Origin: Candidatus Doudnabacteria bacterium | GTDB lineage: Bacteria > Patescibacteriota > JAQUNI01 | Direction of reading: 5' to 3' | Assembly (NCBI GenBank): GCA_041644975.1 | Contig: JBAZQX010000001.1 | Coordinates: forward strand, 39,274-103,273 | Length of the DNA stretch: 64,000 nt | Shown: in pieces, positions 8,786 through 18,533 of the stretch | How the letters are laid out: each line of letters opens with the position of its first letter | Position numbering within the stretch: position 1 is the stretch's first letter | The notes under the pieces: generated by a model | Databases searched by the model: none | What the model was told of the DNA's origin: nothing | Seen by the model: only the letters and a program-made list of their open reading frames with translations | Made by a program: the position numbers and the translations under genes

Positions 8786-9952
8786 ATGCGCATCCTTTTT
8801 ATTACGCGCAAGCATCCCCCTACTATTGGTGGTATGCAGAACCTGTCCTATAACCTTATTCAAAATTTTCTGAAGCAAGGCAGAGAAAGGGGCGACCAGA
8901 TAGAGACAATTATTCTTAACAAGAGTCAGTGGCATTTATTTTGGTGGTTTCCTTATGCTTTATTCTTAACTTTGGTTAAAGCAAGGACAGTGGATATTGT
9001 TCATTTAGGCGATCCTGTCATTTTTTTAATTGGTTTTTTAGCGCGCGTGTTTTACCATAAAGCCGTCGCGGTAACGATTCATGGTTTGGATGTAACCTTT
9101 AATCTCTTTTTATACCAGTGGTATTTAAAACTTTTTGGTCGAAAGTTTGATCGTTATATTTGCATTTCCAGCTATGCCCGGGAAGAAGCGCGAAAGGTAG
9201 GTTTTTCTCCTTGCGTGGTGATTCCTGTTGGCGTGGACAGCAAGAAGTGCAAAGTGCCTGCCCGCCATCGCTTCGCCCGCCCGCAACGCCTTGCGGCTAG
9301 CATGGCGGGCGCGGCTTCAGGCGAGGCGGGCGGGCAAAGTGCAAAGTGCAAAGTTTTGGAAAAACATTTTTTACAGAAACATTTTTTGCCAATTGCTAGT
9401 TTTAAGTTATTAACCGTAGGGCGGTTGGTAAAACGTAAAGGAGTATTTTGGTTTATTCAAGAAGTTATGCCATGTTTACCCAAAGAGATTACTTATTTAG
9501 TAGTGGGAGAAGGGCCGGAACGTGAGAGAATTAAAATCTTGATTCAAGAGAGAGGTTTAGAGGAAAGAGTTTATCTCTTAGGTAAAGTTTCCGAAGAGGA
9601 TTTAAAAACAGTTTATAGCCTCGCTGATTTGTTTATTATGCCTAATATTAAGGTCCAAGGGGATGTTGAAGGGTTTGGACTTGTGGCTGTGGAAGCGGCT
9701 CAAAATGGTCTACCTGTCATTGCCGCGGGTATTGAAGGCATCCGTGATGCGGTGGTTTCGGGACGTAATGGTATTTTGGTGGAGTCAGAAAACCCTGATG
9801 CTTTTCGGAAGCAGATCTTGGAGTTCTTAAGGAACCAGGAATACAGAAAGAGTTTTGGTTATCAAGCCGCGCAATTCACGATGGAAACCTATGATTGGCA
9901 AATAATCGCCAAGCGGTATTACGAGGAATTTTTAAGGGTAATTAGTAGTTAG
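8786..9952 (+). CDS. GT4 glycosyltransferase with a repeat-derived in-frame insertion
   Basis: PPTIGGMQ, TVGRLVKRKG, GDVEGFGLVAVEA (EX7E). Insertion PARHRFARPQRLAASMAGAASGEAGG lies in the linker. Confidence 0.9.
   Translation: MRILFITRKHPPTIGGMQNLSYNLIQNFLKQGRERGDQIETIILNKSQWHLFWWFPYALFLTLVKARTVDIVHLGDPVIFLIGFLARVFYHKAVAVTIHGLDVTFNLFLYQWYLKLFGRKFDRYICISSYAREEARKVGFSPCVVIPVGVDSKKCKVPARHRFARPQRLAASMAGAASGEAGGQSAKCKVLEKHFLQKHFLPIASFKLLTVGRLVKRKGVFWFIQEVMPCLPKEITYLVVGEGPERERIKILIQERGLEERVYLLGKVSEEDLKTVYSLADLFIMPNIKVQGDVEGFGLVAVEAAQNGLPVIAAGIEGIRDAVVSGRNGILVESENPDAFRKQILEFLRNQEYRKSFGYQAAQFTMETYDWQIIAKRYYEEFLRVISS
9257..9334. repeat. 39-bp palindromic element with a second 39-bp related element nested inside, in frame in a GT4 gene
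   Basis: Removing 9277-9315 leaves a sequence identical to 62324-62362 (CCTGCCCGCCATCGCTTCGCTTCAGGCGAGGCGGGCGGG). Confidence 0.85.
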
Positions 9953-9971
9953 TAATCAGTAATCAGTAACT

Positions 9972-11006
9972 ATGAAAATTGCCATTATCTTCCCACGGCT
10001 TTCTGGTCCTTATGGTGGGGAAAAAATATTGATTAAGGTGACTGACGAATTAGTTAGATTAGGGCACACAGTCACCCTTTATGTTTATGAATATAATGCG
10101 CTCTGCGCGTCCCATCTTAATCCACACATTACGGTAGTCCATTCACGAGCATTCAAATTCGGACGACATAACCTAGATACCTTTTTTGCTTATTTAGCGA
10201 TGCCCTGGCTGGCCAATAAGATCCTGTGTGATTATGAGCTTATTTTGGGAATGACTTGGCAGGCGGCTTTCGCGCTGTGGTGGCTTCGCAAGGTGCGTAG
10301 ATGTTTTCGTCAAACCCCTTTGGTTTACCATTGTTTTGAGCCGCCGCGTTTTATTTATGATCTTCAAACCGTGACAGGCAACTCTTTACTTGCCCGTTTA
10401 ACCGCTTTTTTTATAAAACGGATTGACCGCACAAGCGTGCGAGCGGCGGATGTGATTATCAGTATTTCTGACTATATCCAAAAACAAGTGAAAAAAGTTT
10501 ATAACCGCGATTCAGTGAAGATTTATCCGGGCGTGGAAATTGAACGTTTTCAAAAATACACGCGGAGAGAGGCCAGGGAGATTTTAAATATTCCTTTGGA
10601 TCGGGAAGTTTTTTTGTCAATCTCAAAGTTACATAAAAGAAAGAGGTTGGATCGAGCCTTGGAAATTTTTCAAAAAAGAAGGAAGGACCAAAACTCGGTA
10701 TTTTATATCGCGGGTCAAGGTCCTGAAGAGGGTAATCTAAAATATTTAGTCAAACAAATGCATTTGGAAAAAGTGGTTAAGTTTATTGGCGTGGTTTTAG
10801 GGGAAAAGACGGTTCAATATATGGCGGCGTGCGATTATTTTATCTTTACTGCCTTAAATGAACCTTTTGGTATCGCCCCCTTGGAAGCCAAAGTGGCGGG
10901 CGCGAAAGTGATTCCCCGAGAGCGTCCTTATCCTATTCTGAATTGGCAAGAATCGGCGGGAAAGATGCACAGAGTATTTTTAAAATTAGTAACTAGTCGT
11001 TCGTAA
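9972..11006 (+). CDS. GT4 glycosyltransferase
   Basis: YGGEK, SKLHKRKR and EPFGIAPLEA; the C-terminus is somewhat short. Confidence 0.85.
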   Translation: MKIAIIFPRLSGPYGGEKILIKVTDELVRLGHTVTLYVYEYNALCASHLNPHITVVHSRAFKFGRHNLDTFFAYLAMPWLANKILCDYELILGMTWQAAFALWWLRKVRRCFRQTPLVYHCFEPPRFIYDLQTVTGNSLLARLTAFFIKRIDRTSVRAADVIISISDYIQKQVKKVYNRDSVKIYPGVEIERFQKYTRREAREILNIPLDREVFLSISKLHKRKRLDRALEIFQKRRKDQNSVFYIAGQGPEEGNLKYLVKQMHLEKVVKFIGVVLGEKTVQYMAACDYFIFTALNEPFGIAPLEAKVAGAKVIPRERPYPILNWQESAGKMHRVFLKLVTSRS

Positions 11007-11084
11007 CTGCCTTACTCCTTGAATAAAAGCTGGCGAGGTGAAAAGTGATAGTTCATAAATTCACTATCTACGAGGGAGTTGCTT

Positions 11085-13133
11085 ATGAATATGAATTCCT
11101 TAAATCGTCCTAAAAATTTAGAAGATACCATTCAGGAATTTTTTCTGATATTTATTATTTTTTTCTTTATTCTTTTAAGTTTTGCCATTTTAGGGATCTT
11201 TTTCAGATGGTTGGTTTTTTTGGCATTCTTTTTGTTGTTGATGGTGATAGGAGTGAGAATTTGGTATTTGAGGTCCTTCCGTCATATTTTTATTTCGCGG
11301 TGGCACAAGGGAATCTTGTTGCTTTTAATCATTGTAACTTTGTTTAATGCCTTTTATCACCACAGTATTCCTTCTTCGCGGGATAATATCGGGTATTTAA
11401 CCGCCGGCGTGATGCTGGCTCGCCAAGGTAAGTTGCATTTTCAGGATATAATTTCTCGTCCTTATCACCCTTATCGCGAAGTTAATTTAGGTCAAGACGT
11501 GGTGACCTCGCAGTTTTTGCCGGGTTATAACGCCTTTTTAGGATTTTGGTATCACTTGGGGGGTTTAAACTTAGTCTTTTGGGGCAACGCCGTTTTATTT
11601 TTTCTTTTTTTGGTATGCCTTTATGCCGTGGCTTGCAAAATTACAAGACAAAGAAAAATAGCCTTATTATCTTTATTTTTCACGATTACATTTTTCGCTT
11701 TTTTATGGTTTCCGCGGCGGACAAATTCCGAGAATTTATTTATGGTTTTGATTTGGTTTGCAATCTGGCTTTTTTTAAGGGGCATAGAGACTAAAAGTTT
11801 ACGGCGGCTTATTTGGGGTTTCTTGCCGGTTTCTCTCACGATTTTAGTGCGGGGTGAGGGTTTACTTTATCTGGCGACTTTCACTTTAGCTTTTTTATTC
11901 GCGCTTTGGAAACTAAAAAGGCAGATTAAAAAAGAAAGGTTATCCTTTTTAAATTTTCTTTTTCCATTAGCTACTATAATTCTCTTTCTCCGTTATGTTG
12001 TTCTCTATAATGGGAGTTATATCTGGGGTCACGCCGTGTCTATTTTGTACAATTTGGGTGATTTTATTGTCCTCTGGATTCCGGTTAATCTTTTAACTCT
12101 CACTCGTTATGTTGTTCTTTATAAAGTTTTTGTTTTTTTGGGTTTGATTTTAGCCGCGGGAATAATTTACGCGGTCTATTGTTTTAGAATGCGCATCCCA
12201 GTATTCGTCCGGAAATTTTCCGGAGGATTGAATAAGGGACAATTTTTGGCTGCCATAGTTTTAACTTTTCTACTCGCTTTTAACCTTATTCTAATCTCTC
12301 ATTATCATTGGCAGGAATTCGTGAATTGGCAGACCTATCGGATTCAGTATGTTTTTATTATTTTAGGAAAATACTTTTTGCTTCCTTATTTTCTTGTTTT
12401 TTTAATAAGACTTTGGGAGCCACGGTTTTTAGGGAAAGAGGTCTATTATGTCGCTTTAATTTTGCTGCCCATTATCATTTTTATTCTTGACCCTTTCGTG
12501 GGATTGGATCAGCCTTGGTTTTTAAGGCGTTTTTACCCCACCCTGATTCCGTTCCTTTTTGTTTTGGCCGCCTGGGGATTATTTAATTTAAGACTGGGAA
12601 AGAAGGTCAGAGCGACTATCATTGTTTTGCTTTTAGCGATGAACCTTTGGGTTGCGTCACCGGTGCTGTTTTTCCGAGAATATCAAGGAGTGCAAAAGGA
12701 ATTGGAAAATTTAGCTTCCCGTTTTGAAAAGGATAGTTTAATTTTGATGGATCCGGGTTGGCAGTGGCAGCAGTGGGGTTACGCTTTGCATTATATTTAT
12801 GGTCGTGACGTTTTGCCCGAGTATGATCGGTTTTCGGCAGAAGAGATGGAAAAACTCATCCAAGATTATGGGCAAGTTTATGTCATCAGCAAAAAAGGGC
12901 CAGAGGAGGAGAATATCATTGATTATCCTGGTTTTCCTCGGGAGAAACTGCGGTACCTTGATGAAGTCAGGCTTTTTTATCCTGTGCTATTAAGCACGAC
13001 CAATCTTACTGATTATATTCAAGACAAGGAAACCGCGGTCAGCACAGTGATTCTTCTGCAAAAGTATCAAGAGGCTTTGCCGCGAGAAAAGGATATTGAG
13101 GATGTTACACTTTATATATATCGGTACAAGTAA
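11085..13133 (+). CDS. GT-C fold polytopic membrane glycosyltransferase (ArnT/PMT_2-like)
   Basis: About 13 TM, RD motif in the first external loop, NSE and VRGEG motifs, C-terminal external domain; GAGGGAG RBS before ATG 11085. Confidence 0.65.
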   Translation: MNMNSLNRPKNLEDTIQEFFLIFIIFFFILLSFAILGIFFRWLVFLAFFLLLMVIGVRIWYLRSFRHIFISRWHKGILLLLIIVTLFNAFYHHSIPSSRDNIGYLTAGVMLARQGKLHFQDIISRPYHPYREVNLGQDVVTSQFLPGYNAFLGFWYHLGGLNLVFWGNAVLFFLFLVCLYAVACKITRQRKIALLSLFFTITFFAFLWFPRRTNSENLFMVLIWFAIWLFLRGIETKSLRRLIWGFLPVSLTILVRGEGLLYLATFTLAFLFALWKLKRQIKKERLSFLNFLFPLATIILFLRYVVLYNGSYIWGHAVSILYNLGDFIVLWIPVNLLTLTRYVVLYKVFVFLGLILAAGIIYAVYCFRMRIPVFVRKFSGGLNKGQFLAAIVLTFLLAFNLILISHYHWQEFVNWQTYRIQYVFIILGKYFLLPYFLVFLIRLWEPRFLGKEVYYVALILLPIIIFILDPFVGLDQPWFLRRFYPTLIPFLFVLAAWGLFNLRLGKKVRATIIVLLLAMNLWVASPVLFFREYQGVQKELENLASRFEKDSLILMDPGWQWQQWGYALHYIYGRDVLPEYDRFSAEEMEKLIQDYGQVYVISKKGPEEENIIDYPGFPREKLRYLDEVRLFYPVLLSTTNLTDYIQDKETAVSTVILLQKYQEALPREKDIEDVTLYIYRYK

Positions 13134-13137
13134 GTTT

Positions 13138-13442
13138 AAAATGTAAAATGCAAAATGTAAAATGATAGTGTAAAATTTCAAAATGGGAATTTACCATTTA
13201 AGATTTTATTTAAAATTATTCTAATTAACCTAATTGTTCCTCAGTTAGAACACTTCGTTTCTAACGGGGCAAGCTAATTATTCTAAACCCCGTTAGAAAT
13301 TTTCAATTTCTAAACGGGGTAAATAAGCCCCAATACCCAATACCCAATAACCAATATCTAAAATTAATCTTTGTTATTCCTATTTGGTCATTGGTCATTT
13401 CTTAGGTTAATTAGGTCAATTAGAACAATTAGAATAATTTTT
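13138..13442. repeat. Composite intergenic repeat region: AAAATGT and CCAATAC heptamers, 9-mer inverted arms, CCCCGTTAGAAA palindromes
   Basis: AAAATG(T/C/A) x4, CCAATA(C/A/T) x4; AATTATTCT AATTAACCT AATTGTTCC is mirrored by AGGTTAATT...AGAATAATT. Confidence 0.7.
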
Positions 13443-13446
13443 AGAT

Positions 13447-14631
13447 ATGTTTTCCCATAATTTAAAAATAGCTATCTTTTCTAACACCTTCGGTCCGCGG
13501 GATGCGATGGGTCAGCATGTGCATTTGATTAAAAAAGTTTTTCCGGAAGCAGAAATCTTTTTAGAACGCGGGAATGAGGATCCGCAAATCGCAGCCCATA
13601 CTTATTATTTCATTAAGCGTTATCCTTGGATGAGTTTGTATATGTTGGAGTGGAGATTGGGGCTGCGGTTGAAGGCGCTGGAATGGGTTTTCAGGCCTTT
13701 TGAAAAGTTAGCTTTCCGGCACGAAGCGAGAAAGCTCGTTAATTATGACATTGTCTTAGTGGAATGGGGTCTTTACCACAAAGCCATTCATCTTTTGCCA
13801 TTCTTGGCGCGTTTAGAAAAAAGGCCGCGTTTGATTTTTGACTATCACGGTGTGACACCGCCAGAACAGATTTTATCGCGAGGGAAAAGACTAATTGCCC
13901 AAAAAACGATTGAGGTCGCGAGAGAGGGCGCGGATTATGCGGATATCTGTTTGGTGCGGTCACAGTTTATGGCCGAGGAGTTAAAAGGTTTTGGTCATCC
14001 CCAAAAAATAGTGTTAAATCCCCTGCCATTTTTAGGGGCTGAATGTTCAGACGCGCATCCCGCGCAATTGCGCCGAAAATATGGACTAGAAAAGAAGAAA
14101 ATTTTGCTTTATATTGGTCGCATCTCCACTCATAAAAATTTGGAAGTGGTGGTTAGAAGTTTAGGGAGCCTTTCGCGGGACGATGTTTATTTTATTGTGG
14201 TAGGCAACAATCGTCACCGTTCTCTAGCCGCGGAAAAAGAAAGATTATTCGCTTTGGCGCGGGATTTGGGAATACCGCATCGGATTATTTTTACGGGTGA
14301 GGTATCGCAAGAAGAGTTAGTGAGTTGGTACCGTGCTTGCGATGTTTTTGTGATGCCAAGTTTCCATGAAGGTTTTTGCTGGCCATTGGTTGACGCAATG
14401 GCTTATGGAAAACCAGTTTTGGCTTCGCATTATGGAGCAATTCCAGAAACTTTGGGTGAAGCCGGTCTTTATTTTGACGCGAAGAATCCTAAGGATTTGG
14501 CGGAAAAGATAAACCAAATATTGGAAGATCAGGACTTGCAAAACAGACTAGCGCAGATGGGTAGGGAGAAGGTAAAGGAGTATAGCTTCAGGCGGTATCA
14601 GAGGGAACTAAAACAGGCCGTGGCGGATTAG
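13447..14631 (+). CDS. GT4 glycosyltransferase
   Basis: DAMGQH, YHGVTPP, IGRISTHKN and HEGFCWPLVDAM. Confidence 0.88.
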   Translation: MFSHNLKIAIFSNTFGPRDAMGQHVHLIKKVFPEAEIFLERGNEDPQIAAHTYYFIKRYPWMSLYMLEWRLGLRLKALEWVFRPFEKLAFRHEARKLVNYDIVLVEWGLYHKAIHLLPFLARLEKRPRLIFDYHGVTPPEQILSRGKRLIAQKTIEVAREGADYADICLVRSQFMAEELKGFGHPQKIVLNPLPFLGAECSDAHPAQLRRKYGLEKKKILLYIGRISTHKNLEVVVRSLGSLSRDDVYFIVVGNNRHRSLAAEKERLFALARDLGIPHRIIFTGEVSQEELVSWYRACDVFVMPSFHEGFCWPLVDAMAYGKPVLASHYGAIPETLGEAGLYFDAKNPKDLAEKINQILEDQDLQNRLAQMGREKVKEYSFRRYQRELKQAVAD

Positions 14632-14725
14632 TCGTTAATCTACCCATACCCTAGAGTATTAAATCATTGTTCAATTGTTCCATTGTTTCATTGTTATGCT
14701 AGTTGCAATAACCAAGCAATAGAAT

Positions 14726-15961
14726 ATGAATATTATTTTTTTAACCAAATACTTCCCTCCTGATTCTATCGGGGGCGGTGAAATCTCGGCTTATTACCTG
14801 GCGTTAGGTCTAGTAGGCAAAGGACATCAAATTACGGTGATCAAGAGAGGCAAGAAGGACCGAGATTATAATGAGAGCAAAAATTTAAAGATTTTAGAGC
14901 GAAAAAAACTTTTCACCACAGAGGTGCCAAATTTTGAAAGACGTTGGGCGAAAAAACAGGCGCAGATTCTAATTCAGGACATCCCGCGGGATACACAAAT
15001 AATTCATAGTCATGACTTCCATTCAGTATTGATTGGCGCGGAGTTAAAAAAGATTATCCCGGACCACCCGTTTTTTATCGCTACTGTGCGGGATTACTGG
15101 CCTGTTTGCGGTTATGGCAAAGTCAAAATAAACGGCGAGGTTTGTCCGGGGTGTAAAAGCCTTCGTGATTTTAAGGATTGTCCAAAGGTTGCTCGGGGCA
15201 ATTTGATCCATAAATATTTAAGAATGTGGCGGTATCATTATAATATTCCCCAAAGACAGGAGAGTCTAAAAAATTTTGATACGGTGGTTTATATTAGTCG
15301 GGCTCTCCGCGATGAGATTAAAAAGTCCCGCAATATTTTTTTTCCTTTTTCTACAGGAAGAGTAATATATAATTCTATTCCCCTAGAAACAGAAGATTAC
15401 ACGTCGAGTTTTAATGGGGAGGGCAAAACAATTTTATTTGCCGGTCTTTTGGATCTTCACAAGGGCGTAGAATTTTTATTAAAAGCTCTAGGCAAGATTG
15501 CTTTAAAGGCTGACTTTCAATGTATTCTAGCTGGCACTGGTCCTCTTTTTGAGCAGTATAAAAAAATGGCAAAATATTTGCGCATTGAAAATAAAGTGAA
15601 TTTTCTAGGCGCTATCCCCTATCGTTTAATGCCGGATTTGTACCGTAAGACGGATCTTGTGGTGATGCCCTCCCTTTGGCCCGAACCCTTTGGTCGCACG
15701 GCTTTGGAAGGTATGGCTTATGGAAAGGCGGTCGTTGCCACGCGCCACGGCGCTCCGCAAGAATTTATACAAAATAACGAAACTGGAATCCTTATTGAGT
15801 CTGGTAATGTTCTGGAGTTAGCCGAGCGCATTATTTTCCTTTTGCAAAGTCCTGATGAGCGGCGCAGAATTGGCGAGAACGCAAGAAAATATGTTTTAGA
15901 AAATTTTCATCCTGCGAAAATCGTGGAAGAATATGAGAGAATTTATTTTAAAAATAATTAA
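14726..15961 (+). CDS. GT4 glycosyltransferase (Cys-cluster subtype)
   Basis: GGGEIS, RDYWPVC...CPGC...C, HKG and EPFGRTALEGM. Confidence 0.9.
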   Translation: MNIIFLTKYFPPDSIGGGEISAYYLALGLVGKGHQITVIKRGKKDRDYNESKNLKILERKKLFTTEVPNFERRWAKKQAQILIQDIPRDTQIIHSHDFHSVLIGAELKKIIPDHPFFIATVRDYWPVCGYGKVKINGEVCPGCKSLRDFKDCPKVARGNLIHKYLRMWRYHYNIPQRQESLKNFDTVVYISRALRDEIKKSRNIFFPFSTGRVIYNSIPLETEDYTSSFNGEGKTILFAGLLDLHKGVEFLLKALGKIALKADFQCILAGTGPLFEQYKKMAKYLRIENKVNFLGAIPYRLMPDLYRKTDLVVMPSLWPEPFGRTALEGMAYGKAVVATRHGAPQEFIQNNETGILIESGNVLELAERIIFLLQSPDERRRIGENARKYVLENFHPAKIVEEYERIYFKNN

Positions 15962-16041
15962 CGAATTAGATAATTGCGAATTGCGAATTATTTAAAATAA
16001 AATTCGAAATTCACAATTCACAATTAAAAATAAATAATTGT

Positions 16042-17205
16042 ATGCTGATCGGCATTGATGCCTCGCGTGGTTTCTTAAAAAAACGCACGGGAGTGGAAGA
16101 ATATTCTTATCAAATCGTGCAGGCGTTAACAAAAGTTGATTCTCAAAATCAATATATTTTGTATTTAAACGGCCAAGAGAACAAGGAAGTGGCGCGAGGG
16201 ATTGCGTGGCCTTCAAATTTTAAATTTAAAAATATCCCTTTTCCAAGGCTTTGGGTGCATCTAGCTTTGTGTTTAATGGCTTGGCGGGATAAGCTTGATG
16301 TTTTGTTTATCCCGGCGCAGGCAATGCCAATTTTTTACCCGCGGAAAACTGTTGTTACTTTGCATGGTTTGGAATATGAGCATTACCCAGAAAGTTATTC
16401 TGTTTTTCGGCGTTTTTACCTCCGTTTTACAACGAAATTTAGCTTAAAGCATGCGGCGAAGATTATTGCTGTTTCGGAGAACACAGAAAAGGATTTGATT
16501 AAAATGTATGGTGGAGATGCGGAGAGAATTAAAGTGGTCTATCATGGTTTTAATATTATATTTCCCTCCCCCTCCATCTCCCCCTCGGGCAGGGGGAGTG
16601 ATAGCCCTCCCCTTTCCAAGGGGAGGTTGGGAGGGGTTCTGGAAATTAAAGACGGGGAAAATGATCAGTTATTTATTTTAACCATTGGCCGTTTGGAAGC
16701 GCGCAAGAATATTGTTAATTTAATTCGCGCTTTTGAACTGATAAAAAGAGAAGGCTGGACCGGGAAGTTGGTTTTAGTCGGTCAGCAGGGTTATGGTTAC
16801 ACAGAGATTAAGAGAGCGATACAAGATTCAGCCTATCAAGAAGATATTATTGAGAAAGGCTTTGTGAGTGAAGAAGAAAAATGGCAGATTTTGCAATCCG
16901 CCACGGCATTTGTTTTTCCTTCTTTTTATGAGGGTTTTGGCATGCCGCTTTTAGAAGCGTTCGCCGCGGATGTGCCGGTTGCGGTATCCAACACTTCTTC
17001 TTTGCCTGAAATTGGAGGAGACGCTTGCGTTTATTTTAATCCCGATAATGTTGACGATATAACGCGAAAGATAAGAGAGGTTTTAGAGAATAAAAACCTG
17101 CGTCAAAATTTGATCCAAAAGGGTCAAATGCGTTTAGCTAATTTTGGCTGGCAAAAGTGCGCTCTAGAGACCTTATTAATATTAGAAATAAGTCACCACA
17201 CTTAG
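16042..17205 (+). CDS. GT4 glycosyltransferase (MtfB/WbaZ mannosyltransferase-like) with a repeat-derived insertion
   Basis: IGIDAS...TGVEEY, GRLEARKN and YEGFGMPLLEA; insertion PSPSISPSGRGSDSPPLSKGRLGGV. Confidence 0.9.
   Translation: MLIGIDASRGFLKKRTGVEEYSYQIVQALTKVDSQNQYILYLNGQENKEVARGIAWPSNFKFKNIPFPRLWVHLALCLMAWRDKLDVLFIPAQAMPIFYPRKTVVTLHGLEYEHYPESYSVFRRFYLRFTTKFSLKHAAKIIAVSENTEKDLIKMYGGDAERIKVVYHGFNIIFPSPSISPSGRGSDSPPLSKGRLGGVLEIKDGENDQLFILTIGRLEARKNIVNLIRAFELIKREGWTGKLVLVGQQGYGYTEIKRAIQDSAYQEDIIEKGFVSEEEKWQILQSATAFVFPSFYEGFGMPLLEAFAADVPVAVSNTSSLPEIGGDACVYFNPDNVDDITRKIREVLENKNLRQNLIQKGQMRLANFGWQKCALETLLILEISHHT
16563..16638. repeat. CCTCCCC/GGGGAGG palindromic repeat pair, in frame in a GT4 gene
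   Basis: The left half is nearly identical to 62386-62428; the right half resembles 19347-19380. Confidence 0.8.
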
Positions 17206-17227
17206 CATAAAGTTTTTTTACTTTATA

Positions 17228-18382
17228 CTATTGAATAGTTTCCTGAAACAGAGTTTCTAGCTGCCCAACCATTTTATTCCAATCATACTTCGCCGCTTCT
17301 TTTTTGCCCCTCTCACCCATTTTTTGGCGCAAGGCGGGATCGCTAAGCAGTTTATTGATGTAATAGGCTGTTTTTTTGTAATCACCTACAGGGGTTAAAA
17401 ATCCCGCCTCATTATTCGGCACTAGATATGGAACTGCGGAGTGATTAGTGGACACAATTGGTAGTCCCGCGGCCATCGCTTCGGCAAGGACAATACCAAA
17501 AGCCTCATATTTGGTTGGCAGGCAGAAGAGAGTGGCGTTTTGATAAGCGGAGTGTAGATCTTCCCTTTTTAATTTTCCGAGCCAAAGAAGTTTATCTTGG
17601 ACATTATATTTGATGGCTAGATGAACGAATGTTTCTTTATCGGCAAAGTCAGTGCCGGCAATGGCGACAATGGTATTGGGATGTTTTTTTAAGACTTCAG
17701 GCAGGGCTTTGATTAAAATATCAACCCCCTTGCCATAGCAGATGCGCCCGGCAAAAAAGATAATATTTTCATCTTGTATATTATATTGCTCAAAAACGTT
17801 GTAAGGAATTTTTTGCTTCAGTGCTGATTCAATGCCTGGCGGGATAATGATAATCTTTTTGGGTTTGTAATCTTTTAAGATTAACGCCTTTTCAAATTCT
17901 GAAATTGCGATGACGCAGTCCGCAGCCATAGTTAAGCTGCCGAAAATCTTGCGATAGCAAAACCATTTTTTTGCCTCGCGGCTCTCTAGGTAAAAATAAG
18001 GGTGCAAGATAAATGGCACTCTTTTTATTTTGGAAAGAAGCCAGGCAATATCCGCGGAATAGTAATAAAAATTGTGGGTGTAGATTAAATCTAGGTTTTT
18101 TGTCTGAAGCGCCGCTTTCAGCATACCCTGAAAATAGGGGTAAGGAAACTTGCCCTGGTATTTTGCTCTAAAGCGGCGGACATAGGGAGGGTCATTTTGA
18201 TATTCTTCCGCGGTTAAATACACAGGCGGAATACTATGGCTTCTAAGATTAGAGGTCAAAACTTGGACATTGTGGCCTTTTTTGCTCAAACCTTCAGTGG
18301 ATTGATAAATCATCTCTTCCGCGCCGCCTGGAGCGGGAGGATAGCGGAGACAAGTGGTTAAGATATTGAGTTTCCTTGACAT
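17228..18382 (-). CDS. GT4 glycosyltransferase
   Basis: PPAPGGAE, GRICYGKG and YEAFGIVLAEAM. Confidence 0.9.
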   Translation of the reverse strand: MSRKLNILTTCLRYPPAPGGAEEMIYQSTEGLSKKGHNVQVLTSNLRSHSIPPVYLTAEEYQNDPPYVRRFRAKYQGKFPYPYFQGMLKAALQTKNLDLIYTHNFYYYSADIAWLLSKIKRVPFILHPYFYLESREAKKWFCYRKIFGSLTMAADCVIAISEFEKALILKDYKPKKIIIIPPGIESALKQKIPYNVFEQYNIQDENIIFFAGRICYGKGVDILIKALPEVLKKHPNTIVAIAGTDFADKETFVHLAIKYNVQDKLLWLGKLKREDLHSAYQNATLFCLPTKYEAFGIVLAEAMAAGLPIVSTNHSAVPYLVPNNEAGFLTPVGDYKKTAYYINKLLSDPALRQKMGERGKKEAAKYDWNKMVGQLETLFQETIQ

Positions 18383-18394
18383 AGATAATGAGAT

Positions 18395-18533
18395 CGTCGT
18401 TGCGAGGAGGAAGGCGAAGCCGAAGCCTGACGACGAAGCAATCTCCTAAAAGAGTAAAGGTTTGTCATCCAAAATTATTTAATTTTATGAGATTGCCGCG
18501 TCGCTCTTTGGGGTCGCTCCTCGCTAATAGACG
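18395..18533. repeat. RPE-like long palindromic element (GTC.TTGCGAG...GCAATCTC / GAGATTGC...CTCGC)
   Basis: Inverted arms visible; CTCCTCGCTAATAGAC is shared with 31213-31228 and, as reverse complement, partly with 62276-62288. Confidence 0.75.

Noticed and set aside
13138-13442. Possible CRISPR array
   Set aside because: Units are 7-9 bp without unique spacers, and no cas genes are present.
15090-15185. Cys cluster in the GT4 at 14726 as a novelty
   Set aside because: A DYW..C...C..C motif is common in one GT4 subgroup.
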